Below are positions 13,001 to 25,400 of a stretch of 64,000 nucleotides of DNA, one piece after another. The notes beneath the pieces are model-generated. The model was not told the DNA's origin and made no database searches. It worked only from the letters and a program-made list of their open reading frames with translations. The position numbers and the translations under genes are program-made. Where the stretch lies: the NCBI RefSeq assembly GCF_009914755.1, contig NC_060943.1; one strand, 5' to 3'. Origin of the DNA: the human T2T-CHM13v2.0 reference genome, Homo sapiens. Positions within the stretch are counted from its first letter, which is position 1. Every line of letters begins with the position of its first letter.

Positions 13001-16000
13001 CGTTCAACTCACAGAGTTCAACCTTTCTTTTCATAGAGCAGTTGGGAAACACTCTGTTTGTAAAGTCTGCAAGTGGATATTCAGACTTCTTTGAGGCCTT
13101 CGTTGGAAGCGGGATTTCTTCATGTTCAGCTAGACAGAAGAATTCTCAGAAACTTCCTTGTGTTGTGTGTTTTCAACTCACAGAGTTGAACGATCCTTTA
13201 CACAGAGCAGACTTGAAACACTCCTTTTGTGGAATTTGCAAGTGGAGATTTCAGCCGCTTTGAGGTCAATGGTAGAATAGGAAATATCTTCCTATAGAAA
13301 CTAGACAGAATGATTCTCAGAAACTCCTTTGTGATGTGTGCGTTCAACTCACAGAGTTTAACCTTTCTTTTCATAGAGCAGTTAGGAAACACTCTGTTTG
13401 TAAAGTCTGCAAGTGGATATTCAGACATCCTTGAGGCTTTCGTTGGAAACGGTATTTCTTCATATTCTGCTAGAAAGAAGAATTCTCAGTAACTTCCTTG
13501 TGTTGTGTGTATTCAACTCACAGAGTTGAACGATCCTTTACACAGAGCAGACTTGAAACACTCTTTTTGTGGAATTTGCAAGTGGAGATTTCAGCCGCTT
13601 TGAGTTCAATGGTAGAATAGGAAATATCTTCCTATAGAAACTAGACAGAATGATTCTCAGAAACTCCTTTGTGATGTGTGTGTTCAACTCACAGAGTTCA
13701 ACCTTTCTTTTAATAGAGCAGTTGGGAAACACTCTGTTTGTAAATTCTGCAAGTGGATATTCAGACTTCTTTGAGGCCTTCGTTGGAAGCGGGATTTCTT
13801 CATATTCTGCTAGACAGAAGAATTCTCAGTAACCTCCTTGTGTTGTGTGTATTCAACTCACAGAGTTGAACGACCCTTTACACAGAGCAGACTTGAAACA
13901 CTCTTTTTGTGGAATTTGCAAGTGGAGATTTCAGCCGCTTTGAGGTCAGTGGTAGAATAGGAAATATCTTCCTATAGAAATTAGACAGAATGATTCTCAG
14001 AAACTCCTTTGTGATGTGTGCGTTCAACTCACAGAGTTTAACCTTTCTTTTCATAGAGCAGTTAGGAAACACTCTGTTTGTAAAGTCTGCAAGTGGATAT
14101 TCAGACATCCTTGAGGCTTTCGTTGGAAACGGGATTTCTTCATGTTCTGCTAGACAGAAGAATTCTCAGTAACTGCCTTGTGTTGTGTGTATTCAACTCA
14201 CAGAGTTGAACGATCCTTTACACAGAGCAGACTTGAAACACTCCTTTTGTGGAATTTGCAAGTGGAGATTTCAGCCGCTTTGAGGTCAATGGTAGAATAG
14301 GAAATATCTTCCTATAGAAACTAGACAGAATGATTCTCAGAAACTCCTTTGTGATGTGTGCGTTCAACTCACAGAGTTTAACCTTTCTTTTCATAGAGCA
14401 GTTAGGAAACACTCTGTTTGTAAAGTCTGCAAGTGGATATTCAGACATCCTTGAGGCTTTCGTTGGAAACGGGATTTCTTCATATTCTGCTAGAAAGAAG
14501 AATTCTCAGTAACTTCCTTGTGTTGTGTGTATTCAACTCACAGAGTTGAACGATCCTTTACACAGAGCAGACTTGAAACACTCTTTTTGTGGAATTTGCA
14601 AGTGGAGATTTCAGCCGCTTTGAGGTCAATGGTAGAATAGGAAATATCTTCCTATAGAAACTAGACAGAATGATTCTCAGAAACTCCTTTGTGATGTGTG
14701 CGTTCAACTCACAGAGTTTAACCTTTCTTTTCATAGAGCAGTTAGGAAACACTCTGTTTGTAAAGTCTGCAATTGGATATTCAGACCTCCTTGAGGCCTT
14801 CGTTGGAAACGGGATTTCTTCATATTATGCTAGACAGAAGAATTCTCAGTAACTTCCTTGTGTTGTGTGTATTCAACTCACAGAGTTGAACGATCCTTTA
14901 CACAGAGCAGACTTGAAACACTCTTTTTGTGGAATTTGCAAGTGGAGATTTCAGCCGCTTTGAGTTCAATGGTAGAATAGGAAATATCTTCCTACAGAAA
15001 CTAGACAGAATGATTCTCAGAAACTCCTTTGTGATGTGTGCGTTCAACTCACAGAGTTCAACCTTTCTTTTCATAGAGCAGTTGGGAAACACTCTGTTTG
15101 TAAAGTCTGCAAGTGGATATTCAGACTTCTTTGAGGCCTTCGTTGGAAGCGGGATTTCTTCATATTCTGCTAGACAGAAGAATTCTCAGTAACTGCCTTG
15201 TGTTGTGTGTATTCAACTCACAGAGTTGAACGATCCTTTACACAGAGCAGACTTGAAACACTCTTTTTGTGGAATTTGCAAGTGGAGATTTCAGCCGCTT
15301 TGAGGTCAATGGTAGAATAGGAAATATCTTCCTATAGAAACTAGAGAGAATGATTCTCAGAAACTCCTTTGTGATGTGTGCGTTCAACTCACAGAGTTTA
15401 ACCTTTCTTTTCATAGAGCAGTTAGGAAACACTCTGTTTGTAAAGTCTGCAAGTGGATATTCAGACCTCCTTGAGGCCTTCGTTGGAAACGGGATTTCTT
15501 CATATTATGCTAGACAGAAGAATTCTCAGTAACTTCCTTGTGTTGTGTGTATTCAACTCACAGAGTTGAACGATCCTTTACACAGAGCAGACTTGAAACA
15601 CTCTTTTTGTGGAATTTGCAAGTGGAGATTTCAGCCGCTTTGAGGTCAACGGTAGAATAGGAAATATCTTCCTATAGAAACTAGACAGAATGATTCTCAG
15701 AAACTCCTTTGTGATGTGTGCGTTCAACTCACAGAGTTTAACCTTTCTTTTCATAGAGCAGTTGGGAAACACTTTGTTTGTAAAGTCTGCAAGTGGATAT
15801 TCAGACATCCTTGAGGCTTTCGTTGGAAACGGGATTTCTTCATATTCTGCTAGAAAGAAGAATTCTCAGTAACTTCCTTGTGTTGTGTGTATTCAACTCA
15901 CAGAGTTGCACGATCCTTTACACAGAGCAGACTTGAAACACTCTTTTTGTGGAATTTGCAAGTGGAGATTTCAGCCGCTTTGAGTTCAATGGTAGAATAG

Positions 16001-19000
16001 GAAATATCTTCCTATAGAAACTAGACAGAATGATTCTCAGAAACTCCTTTGTGATGTGTGCGTTCAACTCACAGAGTTCAACCTTTCTTTTCATAGAGCA
16101 GTTGGGAAACACTCTGTTTGTAAAGTCTGCAAGTGGATATTCAGACTTCTTTGAGGCCTTCGTTGGAAGCGGGATTTCTTCATGTTCTGCTAGACAGAAG
16201 AATTCTCAGAAACTTCCTTGTGTTGTGTGTTTTCAACTCACAGAGTTGAACGATCCTTTACACAGAGCAGACTTGAAACACTCCTTTTGTGGAATTTGCA
16301 AGTGGAGATTTCAGCCGCTTTGAGGTCAATGGTAGAATAGGAAATATCTTCCTATAGAAAGTAGACAGAATGATTCTCAGAAACTCCTTTGTGATGTGTG
16401 CGTTCAACTCACAGAGTTTAACCTTTCTTTTCATAGAGCAGTTAGGAAACACTCTGTTTGTAAAGTCTGCAAGTGGATATTCAGACCTCCTTGAGGCCTT
16501 CGTTGGAAGCGGGATTTCTTCATGTTCAGGTAGACAGAAGAATTCTCAGAAACTTCCTTGTGTTGTGTGTTTTCAACTCACAGAGTTGAACGATCCTTTA
16601 CACAGAGCAGACTTGAAACACTCCTTTTGTGGAATTTGCAAGTGGAGATTTCAGCCGCTTTGAGGTCAATGGTAGAATAGGAAATATCTTCCTATAGAAA
16701 CTAGACAGAATGATTCTGAGAAATCCTTTGTGATGTGTGCGTTCAACTCACAGAGTTTAACCTTTCTTTTCATAGAGCAGTTAGGAAACACTCTGTTTGT
16801 AAAGTCTGCAAGTGGATATTCAGACCTCCTTGAGGCCTTCGTTGGAAACAGGATTTCTTCATATTCTGCTAGACAGAAGAATTCTCAGTAACTTCCTTGT
16901 GTTGTGTGTATTCAACTCACAGAGTTGAACGATCCTTTACACAGAGCAGACTTGAAACACTCCTTTTGTGGAATTTGCAAGTGGAGATTTCAGCCGCTTT
17001 GAGTTCAATGGTAGAATAGGAAATATCTTCCTATAGAAACTAGACAGAATGATTCTCAGAAACTCCTTTGTGATGTGTGCGTTCAACTCACAGAGTTTAA
17101 CCTTTCTTTTCATAGAGCAGTTGGGAAACACTCTGTTTGTAAAGTCTGCAAGTGGATATTCAGACTTCTTTGAGGCCTTCGTTGGAAGCGGGATTTCTTC
17201 ATATTCTGCTAGACAGAAGAATTCTCAGTAACTGCCTTGTGTTGTGTGTATTCAACTCACAGAGTTGAACGATCCTTTACACAGAGCAGACTTGAAACAC
17301 TCTTTTTGTGGAATTTGCAAGTGGAGATTTCAGCCGCTTTGAGGTCAATGGTAGAATAGGAAATATCTTCCTATAGAAACTAGACAGAATGATTCTCAGA
17401 AACTCCTTTGTGATGTGTGCGTTCAACTCACAGAGTTCAACGTTTCTTTTCATAGAGCAGTTGGGAAACACTCTGTTTGTAAAGTCTGCAAGTGGATATT
17501 CAGACTTCTTTGAGGCCTTCGTTGGAAGCGGGATTTCTTCATATTCTGCTAGACAGAAGAATTCTTAGTAACTGCCTTGTGTTGTGTGTATTCAACTCAC
17601 AGAGTTGAACGATCCTTTACACAGAGCAGACTTGAAACACTCTTTTTGTGGAATTTGCAAGTGGAGATTTCAGCCGCTTTGAGGTCAATGGTAGAATAGG
17701 AAATATCTTCCTATAGAAACTAGACAGAATGATTCTCAGAAACTCCTTTGTGATGTGTGCGTTCAACTCACAGAGTTTAACCTTTCTTTTCATAGAGCAG
17801 TTAGGAAACACTCTGTTTGTAAAGTCTGCAAGTGGATATTCAGACATCCTTGAGGCTTTCGTTGGAAACGGGATTTCTTCATATTCTGCTAGAAAGAAGA
17901 ATTCTCAGTAACTTCCTTGTGTTGTGTGTATTCAACTCACAGAGTTGAACGATCCTTTACACAGAGCAGACTTGAAACACTCTTTTTGTGGAATTTGCAA
18001 GTGGAGATTTCAGCCGCTTTGAGGTCAATGGTAGAATAGGAAATATCTTCCTATAGAAAGTAGACAGAATGATTCTCAGAAACTCCTTTGTGATGTGTGC
18101 GTTCAACTCACAGAGTTTAACCTTTCTTTTCATAGAGCAGTTAGGAAACACTCTGTTTGTGAAGTCTGCAAGTGGATATTCAGACCTCCTTGAGGCCTTC
18201 GTTGGAAGCGGGATTTCTTCATGTTCAGGTAGACAGAAGAATTCTCAGAAACTTCCTTGTGTTGTGTGTTTTCAACTCACAGAGTTGAACGATCCTTTAC
18301 ACAGAGCAGACTTGAAACACTCCTTTTGTGGAATTTGCAAGTGGAGATTTCAGCCGCTTTGAGGTCAATGGTAGAATAGGAAATATCTTCCTATAGAAAC
18401 TAGACAGAATGATTCTGAGAAATCCTTTGTGATGTGTGCGTTCAACTCACAGAGTTTAACCTTTCTTTTCATAGAGCAGTTAGGAAACACTCTGTTTTTA
18501 AAGTCTTCAAGTGGATATTCAGACCTCCTTGAGGCCTTCGTTGGAAACGGGATTTCTTCATATTATGCTAGACAGAGGAATTCTCAGGAACTTCCTTGTG
18601 TTGTGTGTATTCAACTCACAGAGTTGAACGATCCTTTACACAGAGCAGACTTGAAACACTCTTTTTGTGGAATTTGCAAGTGGAGATTTCAGCCGCTTTG
18701 AGTTCAATGGTAGAATAGGAAATATCTTCCTATAGAAAGTACACAGAATGATTCTCAGAAACTGCTTTGTGATGTGTGCGTTCAACTCACAGAGTTCAAC
18801 CTTTCTTTTCATAGAGCAGTTGGGAAACACTCTGTTTGTAAAGTCTGCAAGTGGATATTCAGACTTCTTTGAGGCCTTCGTTGGAAGCGGGATTTCTTCA
18901 TATTCTGCTAGACAGAAGAATTCTCAGTAACTTCCTTGTGTTGTGTGTATTCAACTCACAGAGTTGAACGATCCTTTACACAGAGCAGACTTGAAACACT

Positions 19001-22000
19001 CTTTTTGTGGAATTTGCAAGTGGAGATTTCAGCCGCTTTGAGTTCAATGGTAGAATAGGAAATATCTTCCTATAGAAACTAGACAGAATGATTCTCAGAA
19101 ACTCCTTTGTGATGTGTGCGTTCAACTCACAGAGTTCAACCTTTCTTTTCATAGAGCAGTTGGGAAACACTCTGTTTGTAAAGTCTGCAAGTGGATATTC
19201 AGACTTCTTTGAGGCCTTCGTTGGAAGCGGGATTTCTTCATGTTCTAGACAGAAGAATTCTCAGAAACTTCCTTGTGTTGTGTGTTTTCAACTCACAGAG
19301 TTGAACGATCCTTTACACAGAGCAGACTTGAAACACTCCTTTTGTGGAATTTGCAAGTGGAGATTTCAGCCGCTTTGAGGTCAATGGTAGAATAGGAAAT
19401 ATCTTCCTATAGAAAGTAGACAGAATGATTCTCAGAAACTCCTTTGTGATGTGTGCGTTCAACTCACAGAGTTTAACCTTTCTTTTCATAGAGCAGTTAG
19501 GAAACACTCTGTTTGTAAAGTCTGCAAGTGGATATTCAGACCTCCTTGAGGCCTTCGTTGGAAACAGGATTTCTTCATATTCTGCTAGACAGAAGAATTC
19601 TCAGTAACTTCCTTGTGTTGTGTGTATTCAACTCACAGAGTTGAACGATCCTTTACACAGAGCAGACTTGAAACACTCCTTTTGTGGAATTTGCAAGTGG
19701 AGATTTCAGCCGCTTTGAGTTCAATGGTAGAATAGGAAATATCTTCCTATAGAAACTAGACAGAATGATTCTCAGAAACTCCTTTGTGATGTGTGCGTTC
19801 AACTCACAGAGTTTAACCTTTCTTTTCATAGAGCAGTTGGGAAACACTCTGTTTGTAAAGTCTGCAAGTGGATATTCAGACTTCTTTGAGGCCTTCGTTG
19901 GAAGCGGGATTTCTTCATATTCTGCTAGACAGAAGAATTCTCAGTAACTGCCTTGTGTTGTGTGTATTCAACTCACAGAGTTGAACGATCCTTTACACAG
20001 AGCAGACTTGAAACACTCTTTTTGTGGAATTTGCAAGTGGAGATTTCAGCCGCTTTGAGGTCAATGGTAGAATAGGAAATATCTTCCTATAGAAACTAGA
20101 CAGAATGATTCTCAGAAACTCCTTTGTGATGTGTGCGTTCAACTCACAGAGTTCAACCTTTCTTTTCATAGAGCAGTTGGGAAACACTCTGTTTGTAAAG
20201 TCTGCAAGTGGATATTCAGACTTCTTTGAGGCCTTCGTTGGAAGCGGGATTTCTTCATATTCTGCTAGACAGAAGAATTCTCAGTAACTGCCTTGTGTTG
20301 TGTGTATTCAACTCACAGAGTTGAACGATCCTTTACACAGAGCAGACTTGAAACACTCTTTTTGTGGAATTTGCAAGTGGAGATTTCAGCCGCTTTGAGG
20401 TCAATGGTAGAATAGGAAATATCTTCCTATAGAAACTAGACAGAATGATTCTCAGAAACTCCTTTGTGATGTGTGCGTTCAACTCACAGAGTTTAACCTT
20501 TCTTTTCATAGAGCAGTTAGGAAACACTCTGTTTGTAAAGTCTGCAAGTGGATATTCAGACATCCTTGAGGCTTTCGTTGGAAAGGGGATTTCTTCATAT
20601 TCTGCTAGAAAGAAGAATTCTCAGTAACTTCCTTGTGTTGTGTGTATTCAACTCACAGAGTTGAACGATCCTTTACACAGAGCAGACTTGAAACACTCTT
20701 TTTGTGGAATTTGCAAGTGGAGATTTCAGCCGCTTTGAGGTCAATGGTAGAATAGGAAATATCTTCCTATAGAAACTAGACAGAATGATTCTCAGAAACT
20801 CCTTTGTGATGTGTGCGTTCAACTCACAGAGTTTAACCTTTCTTTTCATAGAGCAGTTAGGAAACACTCTGTTTGTAAAGTCTGCAAGTGGATATTCAGA
20901 CCTCCTTGAGGCCTTCGTTGGAAACGGGATTTCTTCATATTATGCTAGACAGAAGAATTCTCAGTAACTTCCTTGTGTTGTGTGTATTCAACTCACAGAG
21001 TTGAACGATCCTTTACACAGAGCAGACTTGAAACACTCTTTTTGTGGAATTTGCAAGTGGAGATTTCAGCCGCTTTGAGGTCAATGGTAGAATAGGAAAT
21101 ATCTTCCTATAGAAACTAGACAGAATGATTCTCAGAAACTCCTTTGTGATGTGTGCGTTCAACTCACACAGTTTAACCTTTCTTTTCATAGAGCAGTTAG
21201 GAAACACTCTGTTTGTAAAGTCTGCAAGTGGATATTCAGACCTCCTTGAGGCATTCGTTGGAAACGGGATTTCTACATATTATGCTAGACAGAAGAATTC
21301 TCAGTAACTTCCTTGTGTTGTGTGTATTCAACTCACAGAGTTGAACGATCCTTTACACAGAGCAGACTTGAAACACTCTTTTTGTGGATTTTGCAAGTGG
21401 AGATTTCAGCCGCTTTGAGTTCAATGGTAGAATAGGAAATATCTTCCTATAGAAACTAGACAGAATGATTCTCAGAAACTCCTTTGTGATGTGTGCGTTC
21501 AACTCACAGAGTTCAACCTTTCTTTTCATAGAGCAGTTGGGAAACACTCTGTAAAGTCTGCAAGTGGATATTCAGACTTCTTTGAGGCCTTCGTTGGAAG
21601 CGGGATTTCTTCATGTTCAGCTAGACAGAAGAATTCTCAGAAACTTCCTTGTGTTGTGTGTTTTCAACTCACAGAGTTGAACGATCCTTTACACAGAGCA
21701 GACTTGAAACACTCCTTTTGTGGAATTTGCAAGTGGAGATTTCAGCCGCTTTGAGGTCAATGGTAGAATAGGAAATATCTTCCTATAGAAACTAGACAGA
21801 ATGATTCTCAGAAACTCCTTTGTGATGTGTGCGTTCAACTCACAGAGTTTAACCTTTCTTTTCATAGAGCAGTTAGGAAACACTCTGTTTGTAAAGTCTG
21901 CAAGTGGATATTCAGACATCCTTGAGGCTTTCGTTGGAAACGGGATTTCTTCATATTCTGCTAGAAAGAAGAATTCTCAGTAACTTCCTTGTGTTGTGTG

Positions 22001-25000
22001 TATTCAACTCACAGAGTTGAACGATCCTTTACACAGAGCAGACTTGAAACACTCTTTTTGTGGAATTTGCAAGTGGAGATTTCAGCCGCTTTGAGGTCAA
22101 TGGTAGAATAGGAAATATCTTCCTATAGAAACTAGACAGAATGATTCTCAGAAACTCCTTTGTGATGTGTGCGTTCAACTCACAGAGTTCAACCTTTCTT
22201 TTCATAGAGCAGTTGGGAAACACTCTGTTTGTAAAGTCTGCAAGTGGATATTCAGACTTCTTTGAGGCCTTCGTTGGAAGCGGGATTTCTTCATATTCTG
22301 CTAGACAGAAGAATTCTCAGTAACTGCCTTGTGTTGTGTGTATTCAACTCACAGAGTTGAACGATCCTTTACACAGAGCAGACTTGAAACACTCTTTTTG
22401 TGGAATTTGCAAGTGGAGATTTCAGCCGCTTTGAGGTCAATGGTAGAATAGGAAATATCTTCCTATAGAAACTAAACAGAATGATTCTCAGAAACTCCTT
22501 TGTGATGTGTGCGTTCAACTCACAGAGTTTAACCTTTCTTTTCATAGAGCAGTTAGGAAACACTCTGTTTGTAAAGTCTGCAAGTGGATATTCAGACATC
22601 CTTGAGGCTTTCGTTGGAAACGGGATTTCTTCATATTCTGCTAGATAGAAGAATTCTCAGTAACTTCCTTGTGTTGTGTGTATTCAACTCACAGAGTTGA
22701 ACGATCCTTTACACAGAGCAGACTTGAAACACTCTTTTTGTGGAATTTGCAAGTGGAGATTTCAGCCGCTTTGAGGTCAATGGTAGAATAGGAAATATCT
22801 TCCTATAGAAACTAGACAGAATGATTCTCAGAAACTCCTTTGTGATGTGTGCGTTCAACTCACAGAGTTTAACCTTTCTTTTCATAGAGCAGTTAGGAAA
22901 CACTCTGTTTGTAAAGTCTGCAAGTGGATATTCAGACCTCCTTGAGGCCTTCGTTGGAAACGGGATTTCTTCATATTATGCTAGACAGAAGAATTCTCAG
23001 TAACTTCCTTGTGTTGTGTGTATTCAACTCACAGAGTTGAACGATCCTTTACACAGAGCAGACTTGAAACACTCTTTTTGTGGAATTTGCAAGTGGAGAT
23101 TTCAGCCGCTTTGAGGTCAATGGTAGAATAGGAAATATCTTCCTATAGAAACTAGACAGAATGATTCTCAGAAACTCCTTTGTGATGTGTGCGTTCAACT
23201 CACACAGTTTAACCTTTCTTTTCATAGAGCAGTTAGGAAACACTCTGTTTGTAAAGTCTGCAAGTGGATATTCAGACCTCCTTGAGGCATTCGTTGGAAA
23301 CGGGATTTCTACATATTATGCTAGACAGAAGAATTCTCAGTAACTTCCTTGTGTTGTGTGTATTCAACTCACAGAGTTGAACGATCCTTTACACAGAGCA
23401 GACTTGAAACACTCTTTTTGTGGATTTTGCAAGTGGAGATTTCAGCCGCTTTGAGTTCAATGGTAGAATAGGAAATATCTTCCTATAGAAACTAGACAGA
23501 ATGATTCTCAGAAACTCCTTTGTGATGTGTGCGTTCAACTCACAGAGTTCAACCTTTCTTTTCATAGAGCAGTTGGGAAACACTCTGTTTGTAAAGTCTG
23601 CAAGTGGATATTCAGACTTCTTTGAGGCCTTCGTTGGAAGCGGGATTTCTTCATGTTCAGCTAGACAGAAGAATTCTCAGAAACTTCCTTGTGTTGTGTG
23701 TTTTCAACTCACAGAGTTGAACGATCCTTTACACAGAGCAGACTTGAAACACTCCTTTTGTGGAATTTGCAAGTGGAGATTTCAGCCGCTTTGAGGTCAA
23801 TGGTAGAATAGGAAATATCTTCCTATAGAAACTAGACAGAATGATTCTCAGAAACTCCTTTGTGATGTGTGCGTTCAACTCACAGAGTTCAACCTTTCTT
23901 TTAATAGAGCAGTTGGGAAACACTCTGTTTGTAAATTCTGCAAGTGGATATTCAGACTTCTTTGAGGCCTTCGTTGGAAGCGGGATTTCTTCATATTCTG
24001 CTAGACAGAAGAATTCTCAGTAACCTCCTTGTGTTGTGTGTATTCAACTCACAGAGTTGAACGACCCTTTACACAGAGCAGACTTGAAACACTCTTTTTG
24101 TGGAATTTGCAAGTGGAGATTTCAGCCGCTTTGAGGTCAGTGGTAGAATAGGAAATATCTTCCTATAGAAATTAGACAGAATGATTCTCAGAAACTCCTT
24201 TGTGATGTGTGCGTTCAACTCACAGAGTTTAACCTTTCTTTTCATAGAGCAGTTAGGAAACACTCTGTTTGTAAAGTCTGCAAGTGGATATTCAGACATC
24301 CTTGAGGCTTTCGTTGGAAACGGGATTTCTTCATGTTCTGCTAGACAGAAGAATTCTCAGTAACTGCCTTGTGTTGTGTGTATTCAACTCACAGAGTTGA
24401 ACGATCCTTTACACAGAGCAGACTTGAAACACTCCTTTTGTGGAATTTGCAAGTGGAGATTTCAGCCGCTTTGAGGTCAATGGTAGAATAGGAAATATCT
24501 TCCTATAGAAACTAGACAGAATGATTCTCAGAAACTCCTTTGTGATGTGTGCGTTCAACTCACAGAGTTTAACCTTTCTTTTCATAGAGCAGTTAGGAAA
24601 CACTCTGTTTGTAAAGTCTGCAAGTGGATATTCAGACATCCTTGAGGCTTTCGTTGGAAACGGGATTTCTTCATATTCTGCTAGAAAGAAGAATTCTCAG
24701 TAACTTCCTTGTGTTGTGTGTATTCAACTCACAGAGTTGAACGATCCTTTACACAGAGCAGACTTGAAACACTCTTTTTGTGGAATTTGCAAGTGGAGAT
24801 TTCAGCCGCTTTGAGGTCAATGGTAGAATAGGAAATATCTTCCTATAGAAACTAGACAGAATGATTCTCAGAAACTCCTTTGTGATGTGTGCGTTCAACT
24901 CACAGAGTTTAACCTTTCTTTTCATAGAGCAGTTAGGAAACACTCTGTTTGTAAAGTCTGCAAGTGGATATTCAGACCTCCTTGAGGCCTTCGTTGGAAA

Positions 25001-25400
25001 CGGGATTTCTTCATATTATGCTAGACAGAAGAATTCTCAGTAACTTCCTTGTGTTGTGTGTATTCAACTCACAGAGTTGAACGATCCTTTACACAGAGCA
25101 GATTTGAAACACTCTTTTTGTGGAATTTGCAAGTGGAGATTTCAGCCGCTTTGAGTTCAATGGTAGAATAGGAAATATCTTCCTACAGAAACTAGACAGA
25201 ATGATTCTCAGAAACTCCTTTGTGATGTGTGCGTTCAACTCACAGAGTTCAAACTTTCTTTTCATAGAGCAGTTGGGAAACACTCTGTTTGTAAAGTCTG
25301 CAAGTGGATATTCAGACTTCTTTGAGGCCTTCGTTGGAAGCGGGATTTCTTCATATTCTGCTAGAAAGAAGAATTCTCAGTAACTGCCTTGTGTTGTGTG
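4080..25400 (+). repeat. Large tandem duplication (~11.5-kb and ~9.8-kb copies) with internal dimer-unit deletions
   Basis: Private marker GTCAACGG at 4098 and 15650 (offset 11552). The marker order is then conserved at offsets 10535, 10531 and 10191 up to CCTACAG (dimers 15010/25201). Confidence 0.85.
4733..10350 (+). repeat. Tandem duplication of a 2716-bp (8-dimer, 16-monomer) unit
   Basis: Rare markers recur at exactly +2716: TGTTCAGGTAG dimer 4818/7534, 1-bp-deletion dimer 5158/7874, AACTGCTTT 5497/8213, 3-bp deletion 5837/8553, AAACAGGA box 6302/9018. A few SNV differences separate the copies. Confidence 0.9.
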
